Both the position numbers and the translations under genes were made by a program. This document shows, piece after piece, positions 1-8,790 of a DNA stretch of 39,053 bases (the first letter of the stretch is position 1; every line of letters begins with the position of its first letter). The notes under the pieces were generated by a model that ran no database searches, had not been told where the DNA came from, and saw only the letters and a list, made by a program, of their open reading frames with translations. Origin of the DNA: Pseudobdellovibrionaceae bacterium (GTDB lineage: Bacteria; Bdellovibrionota; Bdellovibrionia; Bdellovibrionales; Bdellovibrionaceae); assembly GCA_044359815.1 (NCBI GenBank), contig JBIKLL010000018.1, positions 1 to 39,053 on the forward strand, read 5' to 3'.

Positions 1-2
1 AG

Positions 3-1673
3 GCTAAAGAAAACGTAGAAGTTAAAAACGAAAATCAAACACTGGCAACGATCACCTTTCAAAATTATTTTAGAATGTACAATAAAATGTGTGGGATGAC
101 AGGAACTGCTGACACAGAAGCGGTCGAGCTTAAGAAAATTTATAATCTTGAGGTCACAGTGATTCCCACTAATAAACCGATTTCCAGGTTAGATCAGGAA
201 GACGTCGTTTATAAATCAGAAAGAGCTAAATTTAATGCCATCATCAATGACGTGAAAGAAAAGCATGAAAAAGGCCAACCGATTTTAATTGGTACAGCCA
301 GCATTGAAAAATCTGAGCTGTTGAGTTCTGCACTGAAAAGTGCGGGGGTTAGACATGACGTTTTAAATGCAAAACATCACGAGCGTGAAGCAGAAATCAT
401 TGCACAAGCTGGTAGAAAAGGCGCCATCACTATTGCTACAAACATGGCAGGCCGTGGAACGGATATCGTTTTAGGTGGTAATCCTGAAATTATGGCCAAA
501 AAATCCACCAAGGCCGAAGAAGGACCTGAATTTGAAGAAGCTTTACAAAAATTCAAAGCGCAATGTGAAAGCGAAAGACCCCAAGTAGTCAGTGCCGGTG
601 GTCTTTGCATTATAGGTACTGAACGGCACGAGTCCCGCAGGATCGACAACCAGTTAAGAGGACGTTCGGGCCGTCAGGGTGATCCAGGTGAATCAAAATT
701 TTACCTGTCATTGGAAGACAATCTAATGCGGATTTTTAATGGTGAAATGATTCAGAAAATCATGGATCGATTAAATGTTCCCGAGGATGAACCAATCACC
801 GCCAGAATGGTCACAAGGTCGATTGAAAATGCTCAGAAAAAAGTTGAAGGACACAATTTCGATATCCGAAAACATTTGCTGGATTTTGATAATGTCATGA
901 ATCAGCAAAGAACTATTGTTTATGGGATGAGAAAAAACATTCTGAACAATAAAGATTTGGATCGAACAATTTTGGATATGTTAAGCGATGTGACCTCAGT
1001 GTTGTTAGATAGCTTTGTGCCTCAGGGATCCAAGAAAGAAACTTGGAATTTAGAAGGTTTAAATACAGCGCTTTCACAACAATTTGGTCTTAAAATTGAT
1101 TTTACATCCTTACCTACAGTTGATGAGGAAAAAGTAACTAATTTGGTTTCAGCAGCTGTCAAAGATGTTTTTGAACGCCAAAAAAACACTTTGGGTTCAT
1201 TGTTGGGACAGATTGAAAAAATGGTTTTATTACAGTCCATTGACCAAAGATGGAAAGAACATCTTAACGTCATCGATAAGGTCAAAGAGGGAATTAATTT
1301 AAGAGGGTATGCTCAAAAAGATCCTATCGTAGAATATAAAAAAGAGGCGTTTAGAGCTTTTGAAAATCTGATGCAAATGATTAAAGGCGATGCCATCGAA
1401 AAATTGCTAAAAATACAAATCGTCAGTCAGGATCAGGCTGATCAAATGAGAAACATGTTACAAGGACCTGATCTGGATGAATTGGAATTTCATGGAGCAG
1501 AAGAAGATGACGGTGGCAGTGCCTTCAAGAACTTGCAAGCTCCAGTTCAGGCACAGGCACCGACCAATGGTGGATCACAAAATGCCATGGCCAACAGAAT
1601 GCGACCGCAGCCACAGGCCGATCGTCAAATGAATCGTGCTGAAAGGCGAAGGCTTGAAAAAGGAAAGCGTTAA
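3..1673 (+). CDS. secA: Preprotein translocase ATPase SecA (5'-truncated by window edge)
   Basis: Frame open from position 3 (AKENVEVKNENQTLATITFQNYFRMY); SecA motifs GMTGTA, ATNMAGRGTDI, ERHESRRIDNQLRGRSGRQGDPG, LRGYAQKDP. Confidence 0.98.
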   Translation, partial: AKENVEVKNENQTLATITFQNYFRMYNKMCGMTGTADTEAVELKKIYNLEVTVIPTNKPISRLDQEDVVYKSERAKFNAIINDVKEKHEKGQPILIGTASIEKSELLSSALKSAGVRHDVLNAKHHEREAEIIAQAGRKGAITIATNMAGRGTDIVLGGNPEIMAKKSTKAEEGPEFEEALQKFKAQCESERPQVVSAGGLCIIGTERHESRRIDNQLRGRSGRQGDPGESKFYLSLEDNLMRIFNGEMIQKIMDRLNVPEDEPITARMVTRSIENAQKKVEGHNFDIRKHLLDFDNVMNQQRTIVYGMRKNILNNKDLDRTILDMLSDVTSVLLDSFVPQGSKKETWNLEGLNTALSQQFGLKIDFTSLPTVDEEKVTNLVSAAVKDVFERQKNTLGSLLGQIEKMVLLQSIDQRWKEHLNVIDKVKEGINLRGYAQKDPIVEYKKEAFRAFENLMQMIKGDAIEKLLKIQIVSQDQADQMRNMLQGPDLDELEFHGAEEDDGGSAFKNLQAPVQAQAPTNGGSQNAMANRMRPQPQADRQMNRAERRRLEKGKR

Positions 1674-1676
1674 GCA

Positions 1677-2480
1677 GTGAACTGCCCCAAGTGTCAGGCG
1701 GCAATTACCAGTGATTTTGGAATGGTTATTTGTCCCAGCTGTGCTGCGGCCTTATACATCGATATGGATGGCAACATCCAATTATCAGAACCACAATCAG
1801 CAACATCCCGGCCTCTGGAGCAAGTTTTAAATGATACGTTCCAACAACCGGTATTAGATTCAATCGAAACTTCCGATTTGCCAGAACCGTCTGTTACGGC
1901 GACCTTCACTCAGACTGAAATAAGTATTAAAAAAACGCCTGAGCAAAACGTCAGCAACAATGAATATTCAGAAGAAGTTTCCAGAATTATCCAAGCTGAA
2001 ATTAATGAAAATTCCTCATTGCAGGAACATTTGATCGATCCGCCCAGCAATCCAGCCATTGCGATCACCACAGAAGAAAAGCCGATGTTTCCTTTAATTG
2101 ATTTTGCGAAAGCTCCCGAATCACCAGTCGATACCGCAGTTACCAAACCTAAAAAATCACAACCCAAAATTGAAAGAAACCCATTGGATTTAAGTCTAGG
2201 TGAAGAGCTAACCCGGTTTGCCAATGAAGAAAATTCCGGAGGGCCACTGACCTATTCGGTTAGGGTGTCAGGACTGGATATGGACGATAACCTGAATCAT
2301 TTAATGCAGGTATTGATCGATCCAAAATTAAATCTGGATTTTGTTGAATGCCAAAAGCGAATCAGCCAGGGTGTTTTGATTATTGATAAATTGAACCCAG
2401 CCCAGGCTGTAGTTTTAGTTAACAAACTGAAGTCTGCTCCGGTAAAATTAGAGTGGGAGCAGTTTTTATATGATGCTTAG
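1677..2480 (+). CDS. Hypothetical protein with N-terminal zinc ribbon and acidic low-complexity linker
   Basis: CPKC...CPSC at the N-terminus; GTG start 3 nt after the secA stop. Confidence 0.75.
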   Translation: MNCPKCQAAITSDFGMVICPSCAAALYIDMDGNIQLSEPQSATSRPLEQVLNDTFQQPVLDSIETSDLPEPSVTATFTQTEISIKKTPEQNVSNNEYSEEVSRIIQAEINENSSLQEHLIDPPSNPAIAITTEEKPMFPLIDFAKAPESPVDTAVTKPKKSQPKIERNPLDLSLGEELTRFANEENSGGPLTYSVRVSGLDMDDNLNHLMQVLIDPKLNLDFVECQKRISQGVLIIDKLNPAQAVVLVNKLKSAPVKLEWEQFLYDA

Positions 2481-3144
2481 ATTGATTTTATTTTTTGTTC
2501 TGGTGCCAATGCATTTTTCTGTAGCAAAAGAAGATGCACCACCAGCTGACAGTGGGGAGGCTAAAAAAGCTCAAACCAGTGCTGGCGGTAAAGGTGGGGA
2601 CAAGGGTTTACCACCTTGGTTTCAAACTGAGGCCAGAATTGGTGAATTGGTTGCGAAAATTAAAGCCAAAGAAGAGTCTCTGGAAAAATTAATTGAAACA
2701 AAAAAGGGATTAAAAGAAGGCTCACCTTTGACCAAGCCAACGGTTGAACAAATCGTTAAAGAACATAAAGAGCTTGAAGAGTTAGTTGCTGATTACAACA
2801 AAAACCTGAATCTGTTGAAATACCGATTTCCTGAAAGAGGTATGAAAATGGAAAGAAGCTACAAGAAAAAAGAAGTTCAAAGTGTCGACAATATTGAACA
2901 AGCAATCGGTATTGATACAAAATTGGCCAGATCATTGAATAAAGCCAGATCTCAGTTTGGTGCCAATGCTACGGCTGTAAAAGATAAATCAAAAAAGAAA
3001 TCTCTAGTGACAAATATAGATTCAAAGTCTGAAGCTGAAAAGGCTCATGGCAAAGCCGATGCTACAAACAAAGAAGAAAAAGTAGAAGTTGATCCCAGCA
3101 AACTGCCCATTGATGAGCAGCCTGCTTTGATTATGAGTAAATAA
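2470..3144 (+). CDS. Exported Lys/Glu-rich coiled-coil hypothetical protein
   Basis: Signal-peptide-like N-terminus; charged helical middle; overlaps the upstream stop. Confidence 0.75.
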   Translation: MMLRLILFFVLVPMHFSVAKEDAPPADSGEAKKAQTSAGGKGGDKGLPPWFQTEARIGELVAKIKAKEESLEKLIETKKGLKEGSPLTKPTVEQIVKEHKELEELVADYNKNLNLLKYRFPERGMKMERSYKKKEVQSVDNIEQAIGIDTKLARSLNKARSQFGANATAVKDKSKKKSLVTNIDSKSEAEKAHGKADATNKEEKVEVDPSKLPIDEQPALIMSK

Positions 3145-3146
3145 TT

Positions 3147-4133
3147 TTACTGGCAAGATTCCAGATTAAAATAAATCTTAGCTTTTCGAATATTCACAAA
3201 AGAACTGTCATTACTGTTTACCAACGCATTGGTGCGCAGTCTCAATAATGAATTTTCGCCGCATTCAGTAGTCATCAAATCGGTTCGACGGATCAATGTT
3301 CTGCCGATCAAGCTTGAACCTGCAGTTTTAAAATTCTTGCGACTGACTTTGCCACTGCTGCCTGGCAGAAAAACTTCGCTTTGAATCGATGCCGATGAAT
3401 CGGGAGCTAAATGAACTTTCGCACCAATGTCGACCTGAGAAATTACCAGTCTGTGTGATTTAGGGATTTGAATTGGAATCATAAAATTACAGGATTTGTA
3501 TTTTAATTCGCCGCTTTGTACCCGAAAGTTTCTGAATGTTAAATCCAGACTGTTATTTACAGGATCGATCTCGATACGAGTGCCTTCCAGATTTGATGGG
3601 CACCCTTTGCCTGCAATCATGATTTTGCTAAAATCAACAATGCCGTCCAGTCGTTCATCAGCCAGTAATTCTGTATCTGCCAAAATCCGACTGTCGATGG
3701 CAAAACCTTTAGGGAAGGGCGATAGGGCTTTTGAAATCACATAGTTGTCGTCATTGACGCCGACACTTCTGAGCATTTCGTGAAATACCAGATAATAAAT
3801 GTCACGATTCATTTCAAAATGTTCCAGCCACAGTTCGCCATTCAGCAAAACACTGTCCTTTACACCGATCGCATCCACAACGCTGCCAGAATTATCTATC
3901 AGTGTGTCCGTGGTTACTTTTATTTTATCAATAGTTAATGAAGACTTTAATGCTTCAATATCTAAACTTTTCTCTGAAACCAGCTTTCTGCCGGCTTCTG
4001 TATTTTCAAGCACCTCGATCACAGAGTTTCCCTGCGATATAAATGTTGCCCTTAGAAAATCACCGCCGTTGCCGACCATGTGTCCTGAAAATGCGGGCAC
4101 GCAAAAAAACAGTATTGTCAGTAGTTTTCTCAT
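3147..4133 (-). CDS. Secreted protein with N-terminal GNGGD/HE-motif domain and C-terminal DUF4360-like domain
   Basis: Signal peptide then GHMVGNGGD; LVFHEMLR; C-terminal AGKGCP...KSCNFMIPIQIP pattern typical of DUF4360. Confidence 0.65.
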   Translation of the reverse strand: MRKLLTILFFCVPAFSGHMVGNGGDFLRATFISQGNSVIEVLENTEAGRKLVSEKSLDIEALKSSLTIDKIKVTTDTLIDNSGSVVDAIGVKDSVLLNGELWLEHFEMNRDIYYLVFHEMLRSVGVNDDNYVISKALSPFPKGFAIDSRILADTELLADERLDGIVDFSKIMIAGKGCPSNLEGTRIEIDPVNNSLDLTFRNFRVQSGELKYKSCNFMIPIQIPKSHRLVISQVDIGAKVHLAPDSSASIQSEVFLPGSSGKVSRKNFKTAGSSLIGRTLIRRTDLMTTECGENSLLRLRTNALVNSNDSSFVNIRKAKIYFNLESCQ

Positions 4134-4963
4134 GAGTTTTCCTCCTGTTTATCCACACTGTTGTCGTTGTCCACGTCGCTGAGTGGAAACAAATGAACGC
4201 AGACTTTGTAAACTTCACTTTGTGGTGAAGTTTCTATCAGTGCAGACATTTTGTTTATAAAATCTCTGGTGAGCTTTTTAGCTTCGGAAATTTTATTGAT
4301 GTCTATTGCCATTGTCATTGCCACATAATCCCTTAAGCTGACGTCGACCTCATTAATCTTTTCTCGCGCAAGTTCCAAATCTTCCAGATGAGACTTGCGA
4401 ATGGCCAAACTGGCCACATCATCTGAAGATGCAAAATGCGGACTCAAGACCTGGAGACTTTTTGACTTTTTATTCCAAACAATCATTCCGATTCGATGCA
4501 TGCGCTCCAACGCTTCCTCGGCTTCTGAAGTTTTGATTTTCAGGCGGGAACTTATCCACTTAGCATCAGCAATGAAGTCCTTGGTTTCAGATAGGGACAA
4601 GATGGCGAAATGATGCCATTTACCAATAGCTTCAAACTGATCCCAATCAAGAATCTTTTTTTCTGATTCCAATGAATTTTGATCCAGGCCTTTGGTCTGG
4701 TCATTGGAACTCAAATCACCAGGAAACACTGACAGCAATCTTTTGCGTTCGTTGGTCGAAAGGTTCAGTTGCATCAGAATTTTTTTTGCTAATTTTAAAG
4801 AAACTTTTCTTTTGCCTTTTAGGATCTCGCTGACTGCAGATGGGCTTAAAGACAATTTTTTTGCAAAAGCTCGTAATGAAAATGCAGGATTCTTGCTTTG
4901 AATTTCAAGCAAGTTCTCCTGCATTTTCTTTTGTAATAGATATTGAAAATCTATCTCAGGCAT
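4130..4963 (-). CDS. TIGR02147-family protein (N-terminal HTH plus DUF4423)
   Basis: FSLRAFAKKLSLSPSAVSEILKGKR helix-turn-helix; WHHFAILSL; RDYVAMTMAI; EVYKVCVHLFPL C-terminal motif. Confidence 0.85.
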   Translation of the reverse strand: MPEIDFQYLLQKKMQENLLEIQSKNPAFSLRAFAKKLSLSPSAVSEILKGKRKVSLKLAKKILMQLNLSTNERKRLLSVFPGDLSSNDQTKGLDQNSLESEKKILDWDQFEAIGKWHHFAILSLSETKDFIADAKWISSRLKIKTSEAEEALERMHRIGMIVWNKKSKSLQVLSPHFASSDDVASLAIRKSHLEDLELAREKINEVDVSLRDYVAMTMAIDINKISEAKKLTRDFINKMSALIETSPQSEVYKVCVHLFPLSDVDNDNSVDKQEENS

Positions 4964-5523
4964 CGAACCAGTTTTAATTGTGTTTTGACTGATTGCAAAG
5001 TCATACTGGCGTTGCCCTTTGCGACTATAGCAGAATTTATTGCCAAGATCCCGGTTTGCAATTGGTCGTCACAACCAACCAACACTGTGGCATTTCTGTT
5101 TCCGACTGAATAGTTTTTTGAGCCAGATTCGAATCCTCGATTCAGTTCGCTCTGACCACCATTAACTGCTGAAACAACTGTAAACACTTGACCTGATCCT
5201 GAACCGATTCGTGCAACACCTCGGGCTGCAACCAAATCAGTGGCCAATGCATAGCCTCGGGGTAAAGCGTACTGAATTCTGACCATGCAGCTTTCGCGAT
5301 CAATGGCAGTGCCACCCTTTCTGCTGAGAGCTTTCATGTTTGGTGTGATCACCAGGGTTCCGTCTGCTGACATTTGCAAACGCAACTGACGGTCACTGCT
5401 GCAGCCTGTGCCGGCATGCACGGCTTCGCGAGTATTTAAAATTTGCCTAATGTCCTTTAGTCCTTCAAATGCCTGTGAGCTGAGTCCTGTTAGTCCGATC
5501 AAAATACTGATGATGGTTTTCAT
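4951..5523 (-). CDS. Secreted DUF4360-like protein
   Basis: Signal peptide; AGTGC...RESCMVRIQYALPRGY; terminal Cys (VRCLR); GGGGG SD-like tract upstream. Confidence 0.65.
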   Translation of the reverse strand: MKTIISILIGLTGLSSQAFEGLKDIRQILNTREAVHAGTGCSSDRQLRLQMSADGTLVITPNMKALSRKGGTAIDRESCMVRIQYALPRGYALATDLVAARGVARIGSGSGQVFTVVSAVNGGQSELNRGFESGSKNYSVGNRNATVLVGCDDQLQTGILAINSAIVAKGNASMTLQSVKTQLKLVRCLR

Positions 5524-5580
5524 AAAGCCCCCTTTTTCTTGCTTTCAGAATTACGGGAACCCTATCCACATGTAAAGATA

Positions 5581-5603
5581 TTTTGGAACAAAGTGTTCCA
5601 AAA
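5581..5603. promoter_or_regulatory. Perfect dyad TTTTGGAACA-aag-TGTTCCAAAA, candidate operator
   Basis: 10-bp arms with a 3-bp spacer, 58 bp upstream of the 5523 start. Confidence 0.45.
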
Positions 5604-5649
5604 CCAAGGAACACCCCTGCGAGCTTATTCAGTAGATTCCAAAAGGAAT

Positions 5650-6015
5650 CTACTGAATGGGCTCAAAGCTCGATTGACGGTCTTTGTTGGTAGCCTTTGA
5701 GTTGTTCTTGATCGAATTATTCAATTCCTCGATTTTGGCATTTTCGTTGTTGCGGTATTCGTCACCAAAATAAACGACCTTGCCATCTTCAAACTGAACT
5801 TCTTTGACGACTCTTTGACTGTTATCGAACATCACGTAAAGCCAACGGTCTTTGCCCTTCCATCGTTCAGAATTTTGAGGGCTTCCCAAAATGTCCAAAA
5901 CTTGTCCCTTGTCCATTCCGGCTGAAACTTTTGAAAATTCTTTGACCTGATTGGTCTGGCAAGCGGTCAATCCAAACAACAAAACACTCAGTGAAAAAGC
6001 AGTTAAAAATCTCAT
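5650..6015 (-). CDS. bamE: BamE/SmpA-family outer membrane lipoprotein
   Basis: Lipobox LTAC; GMDKGQVLDILGSP and W-x-Y motif of the SmpA/OmlA domain. Confidence 0.7.
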   Translation of the reverse strand: MRFLTAFSLSVLLFGLTACQTNQVKEFSKVSAGMDKGQVLDILGSPQNSERWKGKDRWLYVMFDNSQRVVKEVQFEDGKVVYFGDEYRNNENAKIEELNNSIKNNSKATNKDRQSSFEPIQ

Positions 6016-6078
6016 TTTTTCCTCTCAAGGGATGTATCTATTATTCTATTTCAACACCCCATAATAAGCTAGCAGACC

Positions 6079-7578
6079 TTAGATTAAATTTTGCTCAGAA
6101 AGCTTTCTTTTGAGGATTTTGCCGCTATCAGATTTGGGTAGCTCTGAAATCAAAATAAACTCTTTTGGGACCTTATATTTAGCTAGATGTTTGACACAAA
6201 ATTGCTGTAGATCTTCTAAACAGAAGTCCTGATTGTTTTCAGTTGCTATAAATGCGCGTCCAACCTCTCCCCATTTTTCATCTTTTCGACCTACAACGGC
6301 GGCTTCTCGGACCTGGGGAAATTGACGCAAAATCCGCTCTATTTCAGCTGGATAGATGTTTTCACCACCACTTTTTATCATTTCTTTTTTGCGGCCAATT
6401 ACAAAATAAAAACCTTCTTCATCATGCTTGACCAAATCACCAGTTTTTAACCAACCATCAACAATTGTTTCTGTGGTTGCTGCAGAATTATTCCAATAAC
6501 CCTGCATGCACATAGGGCCTTTTAATTGTAATTCGCCAATCTGATTGGGGCCCAATATTTTTCCAGAATCGTCAATGACTCGGGCCTGGCAATAAAAATT
6601 GGCAAATCCAATGCTGCCAATTTTTCTTTCGGCGTCTTGCTCATTCAGCGAAAATACATTGGGACCAAATTCAGTCAGTCCATATCCCTGTCTGATGGGG
6701 ATATTTTTTTGATGCCACTTTTTAATCAATTCAACGGGCATTGGTTCCCCACCAACAATAGCATATCTGACTGATTTTAAATCCACCGTTTTAAATTGTG
6801 AACTGCGAGCCATCATATCCATCATGGTAGGGACACCAAACAAGATCGTGCATCTCAGTTTTGCCGATTCCGTTAAAATTCTGTCCGCTTCAAATTTTTT
6901 AATCAAACAAACAGTGGCGCCACGATGTAACAGCGGGGTCGTTAAAACATTCCACCCACCAGTGTGAAAAAACGGAGCAAATGTTATAGTTTTATCCTGA
7001 TCAGTGATATTCAATCGCATCGTCGTATTAATTGAATTCCAAAAAAGCATTTGCTGAGTCAGCACTGCGCCCTTGGGAAAACCAGTGGTCCCTGAAGTGT
7101 AAATAATCATAACGGCTGAATCTGCCGTGGATAAAAAATCTGTAAACTGATCAGCGTGAGTCTGGGCTTGCAGAGTCAGATCTAAATAATCAATTAAAGT
7201 GATGTCATCAGTATTTTCAACAGCAGATTGAGCAACAACTGAAAACTCAGTTTCAAAAATCAAAAGCTTTGGTTGGCAATCCTGCAAAATAAAATTTATT
7301 TCTGTGGGCGTCAGTCTGTAATTGATCGGTACCAAAATCGCTGACAGTCTTTGAAGTGCAAAAAACAAAATCAAAGTCTCTGTTCTGTTGGTGGCTAACA
7401 GTGCAACTCTGTCCCCAGCATTTACAGAATATTTGTGTCGCAGCAGATGGGACCATTTTAAAACTTGTTGATAAAATTCAGTGTAAGTCAGCGAAACATC
7501 AGTGTCTAAATCATGCAGGGCGATTTTGCCGCCTGAAAATTGACTCCATTTTTTAAGCCAATCCAGCTCAAACATCAT
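6079..7578 (-). CDS. Acyl-CoA synthetase (AMP-binding, FadD/MenE-like)
   Basis: YTSGTTGFPKG, GYGLTE, TGDL, GRKKEMIKSGGENIYP, LPKSDSGK adenylation motifs. Confidence 0.92.
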   Translation of the reverse strand: MMFELDWLKKWSQFSGGKIALHDLDTDVSLTYTEFYQQVLKWSHLLRHKYSVNAGDRVALLATNRTETLILFFALQRLSAILVPINYRLTPTEINFILQDCQPKLLIFETEFSVVAQSAVENTDDITLIDYLDLTLQAQTHADQFTDFLSTADSAVMIIYTSGTTGFPKGAVLTQQMLFWNSINTTMRLNITDQDKTITFAPFFHTGGWNVLTTPLLHRGATVCLIKKFEADRILTESAKLRCTILFGVPTMMDMMARSSQFKTVDLKSVRYAIVGGEPMPVELIKKWHQKNIPIRQGYGLTEFGPNVFSLNEQDAERKIGSIGFANFYCQARVIDDSGKILGPNQIGELQLKGPMCMQGYWNNSAATTETIVDGWLKTGDLVKHDEEGFYFVIGRKKEMIKSGGENIYPAEIERILRQFPQVREAAVVGRKDEKWGEVGRAFIATENNQDFCLEDLQQFCVKHLAKYKVPKEFILISELPKSDSGKILKRKLSEQNLI

Positions 7579-8582
7579 GAATCATAGCTCCAAGTCATTG
7601 TCAGTGCTGCCATTGATAGCCCGCCGCCAGATCCTAACAACACAATCAAATCACCTTTTTTCAGTAAATGCTGATTGCAGGCATCAGCTAGACACATTCC
7701 CACAGCTGCTGATCCGGTGTAACCGTAACGGTCCATAATGTTGTGTGATGTGGATCTGGGTAATTTTAATTTATCCATTGTTTCGTTGATGCTGCCAATA
7801 TTGATCTGAGTCATGAAAAACATTTTCACCTGTTCGGGAGTTTTATGAATCCGATCCAACAGTGAATGAGTCAACCTGGGCCAATGAGTTCCGTTAGTTT
7901 CAATTGGGATTTTTTTTGCAAAATCCAACAAATGTTTTTTATTTTCGATCACTGAATGGCTGACTGGCATAAAGGTCCCGCCCGCATAGACACCCATATA
8001 GTCGTGATACTGGCCATCGGTGTATAATTCAGAAGCCATTACACCTGTATCATCGGCTGATGGTTGCATGACAACTGCGCTGGCGCCATCAGCAAACAGT
8101 GAAGCAATTTTGTAATCATCCATATTCAGATATTTTGACATTCCATAGGCGCCAACCACTAAAATATTTTTATACTTTGAATCAGCAATAACATATTTAT
8201 TTGCCAAGTCCACGGCTGTCACAAAACCTGCACAGGCCGAATTAATATCAAATGTTCCTGCGTTTTTTGCTTTCAGTTTATACTGAACGACCGAAGCTGT
8301 TGATGGCGACAAATAGTCGGGTGTATCGGTGGCGACCACAATCAAATCTAAATCGTTCGCAGTGATCCCAGCATTTTTCATAGCTTGTTCGGCTGCAGGA
8401 ATAATTAAATCACTGGTGCATTGATCGGGCTCCATCCAATGGCGTTCCAAAATGTTTCGTTGTTCTTTTAAAAAAGTCCCAATGTCTTTTTTGTAAAGGT
8501 CATTAAAAAACTGATTAGTAATTATTTTTTTTGGTGCGTAAAATCCAGTTCCTTTGATCGTTGCTTTTGTGATCGCAGTCAT
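7575..8582 (-). CDS. 3-oxoacyl-ACP synthase III (FabH-fold) family protein with atypical active site
   Basis: DINSACAGF catalytic Cys, LFADGASA, GSGGGL; ATG at 8582 follows an AAGGGG SD (the ORF track starts at GTG 8600). Confidence 0.88.
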   Translation of the reverse strand: MTAITKATIKGTGFYAPKKIITNQFFNDLYKKDIGTFLKEQRNILERHWMEPDQCTSDLIIPAAEQAMKNAGITANDLDLIVVATDTPDYLSPSTASVVQYKLKAKNAGTFDINSACAGFVTAVDLANKYVIADSKYKNILVVGAYGMSKYLNMDDYKIASLFADGASAVVMQPSADDTGVMASELYTDGQYHDYMGVYAGGTFMPVSHSVIENKKHLLDFAKKIPIETNGTHWPRLTHSLLDRIHKTPEQVKMFFMTQINIGSINETMDKLKLPRSTSHNIMDRYGYTGSAAVGMCLADACNQHLLKKGDLIVLLGSGGGLSMAALTMTWSYDS

Positions 8583-8612
8583 GTGTATCCCCTTTGTCAC
8601 AATCGGTGAGCG

Positions 8613-8636
8613 GCTGAATCAGTTCACTGATTCAGC
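8613..8636. promoter_or_regulatory. Perfect 11-bp inverted repeat GCTGAATCAGT-tc-ACTGATTCAGC in divergent promoter region
   Basis: Seen directly between the KAS III-like gene and the SDR gene. Confidence 0.45.
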
Positions 8637-8790
8637 ATGCAGAACACTCTGTTATGAACTTCAATGCTAAAAATCAAGATCCTTTTATTGGTGCAAGTGC
8701 TCTAAAATACCGCTGTGAATTAAGGATAAAAATTTGACTCTAAAATCAAATCGATGGAAAAGCGTTTAACATTTTATTGAGGGAGGGGAA

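Noticed and set aside
8735..8752. FNR-like site TTGAC...ATCAA
   Set aside because: The spacer is 6 nt rather than the 4 nt of TTGAT-N4-ATCAA.
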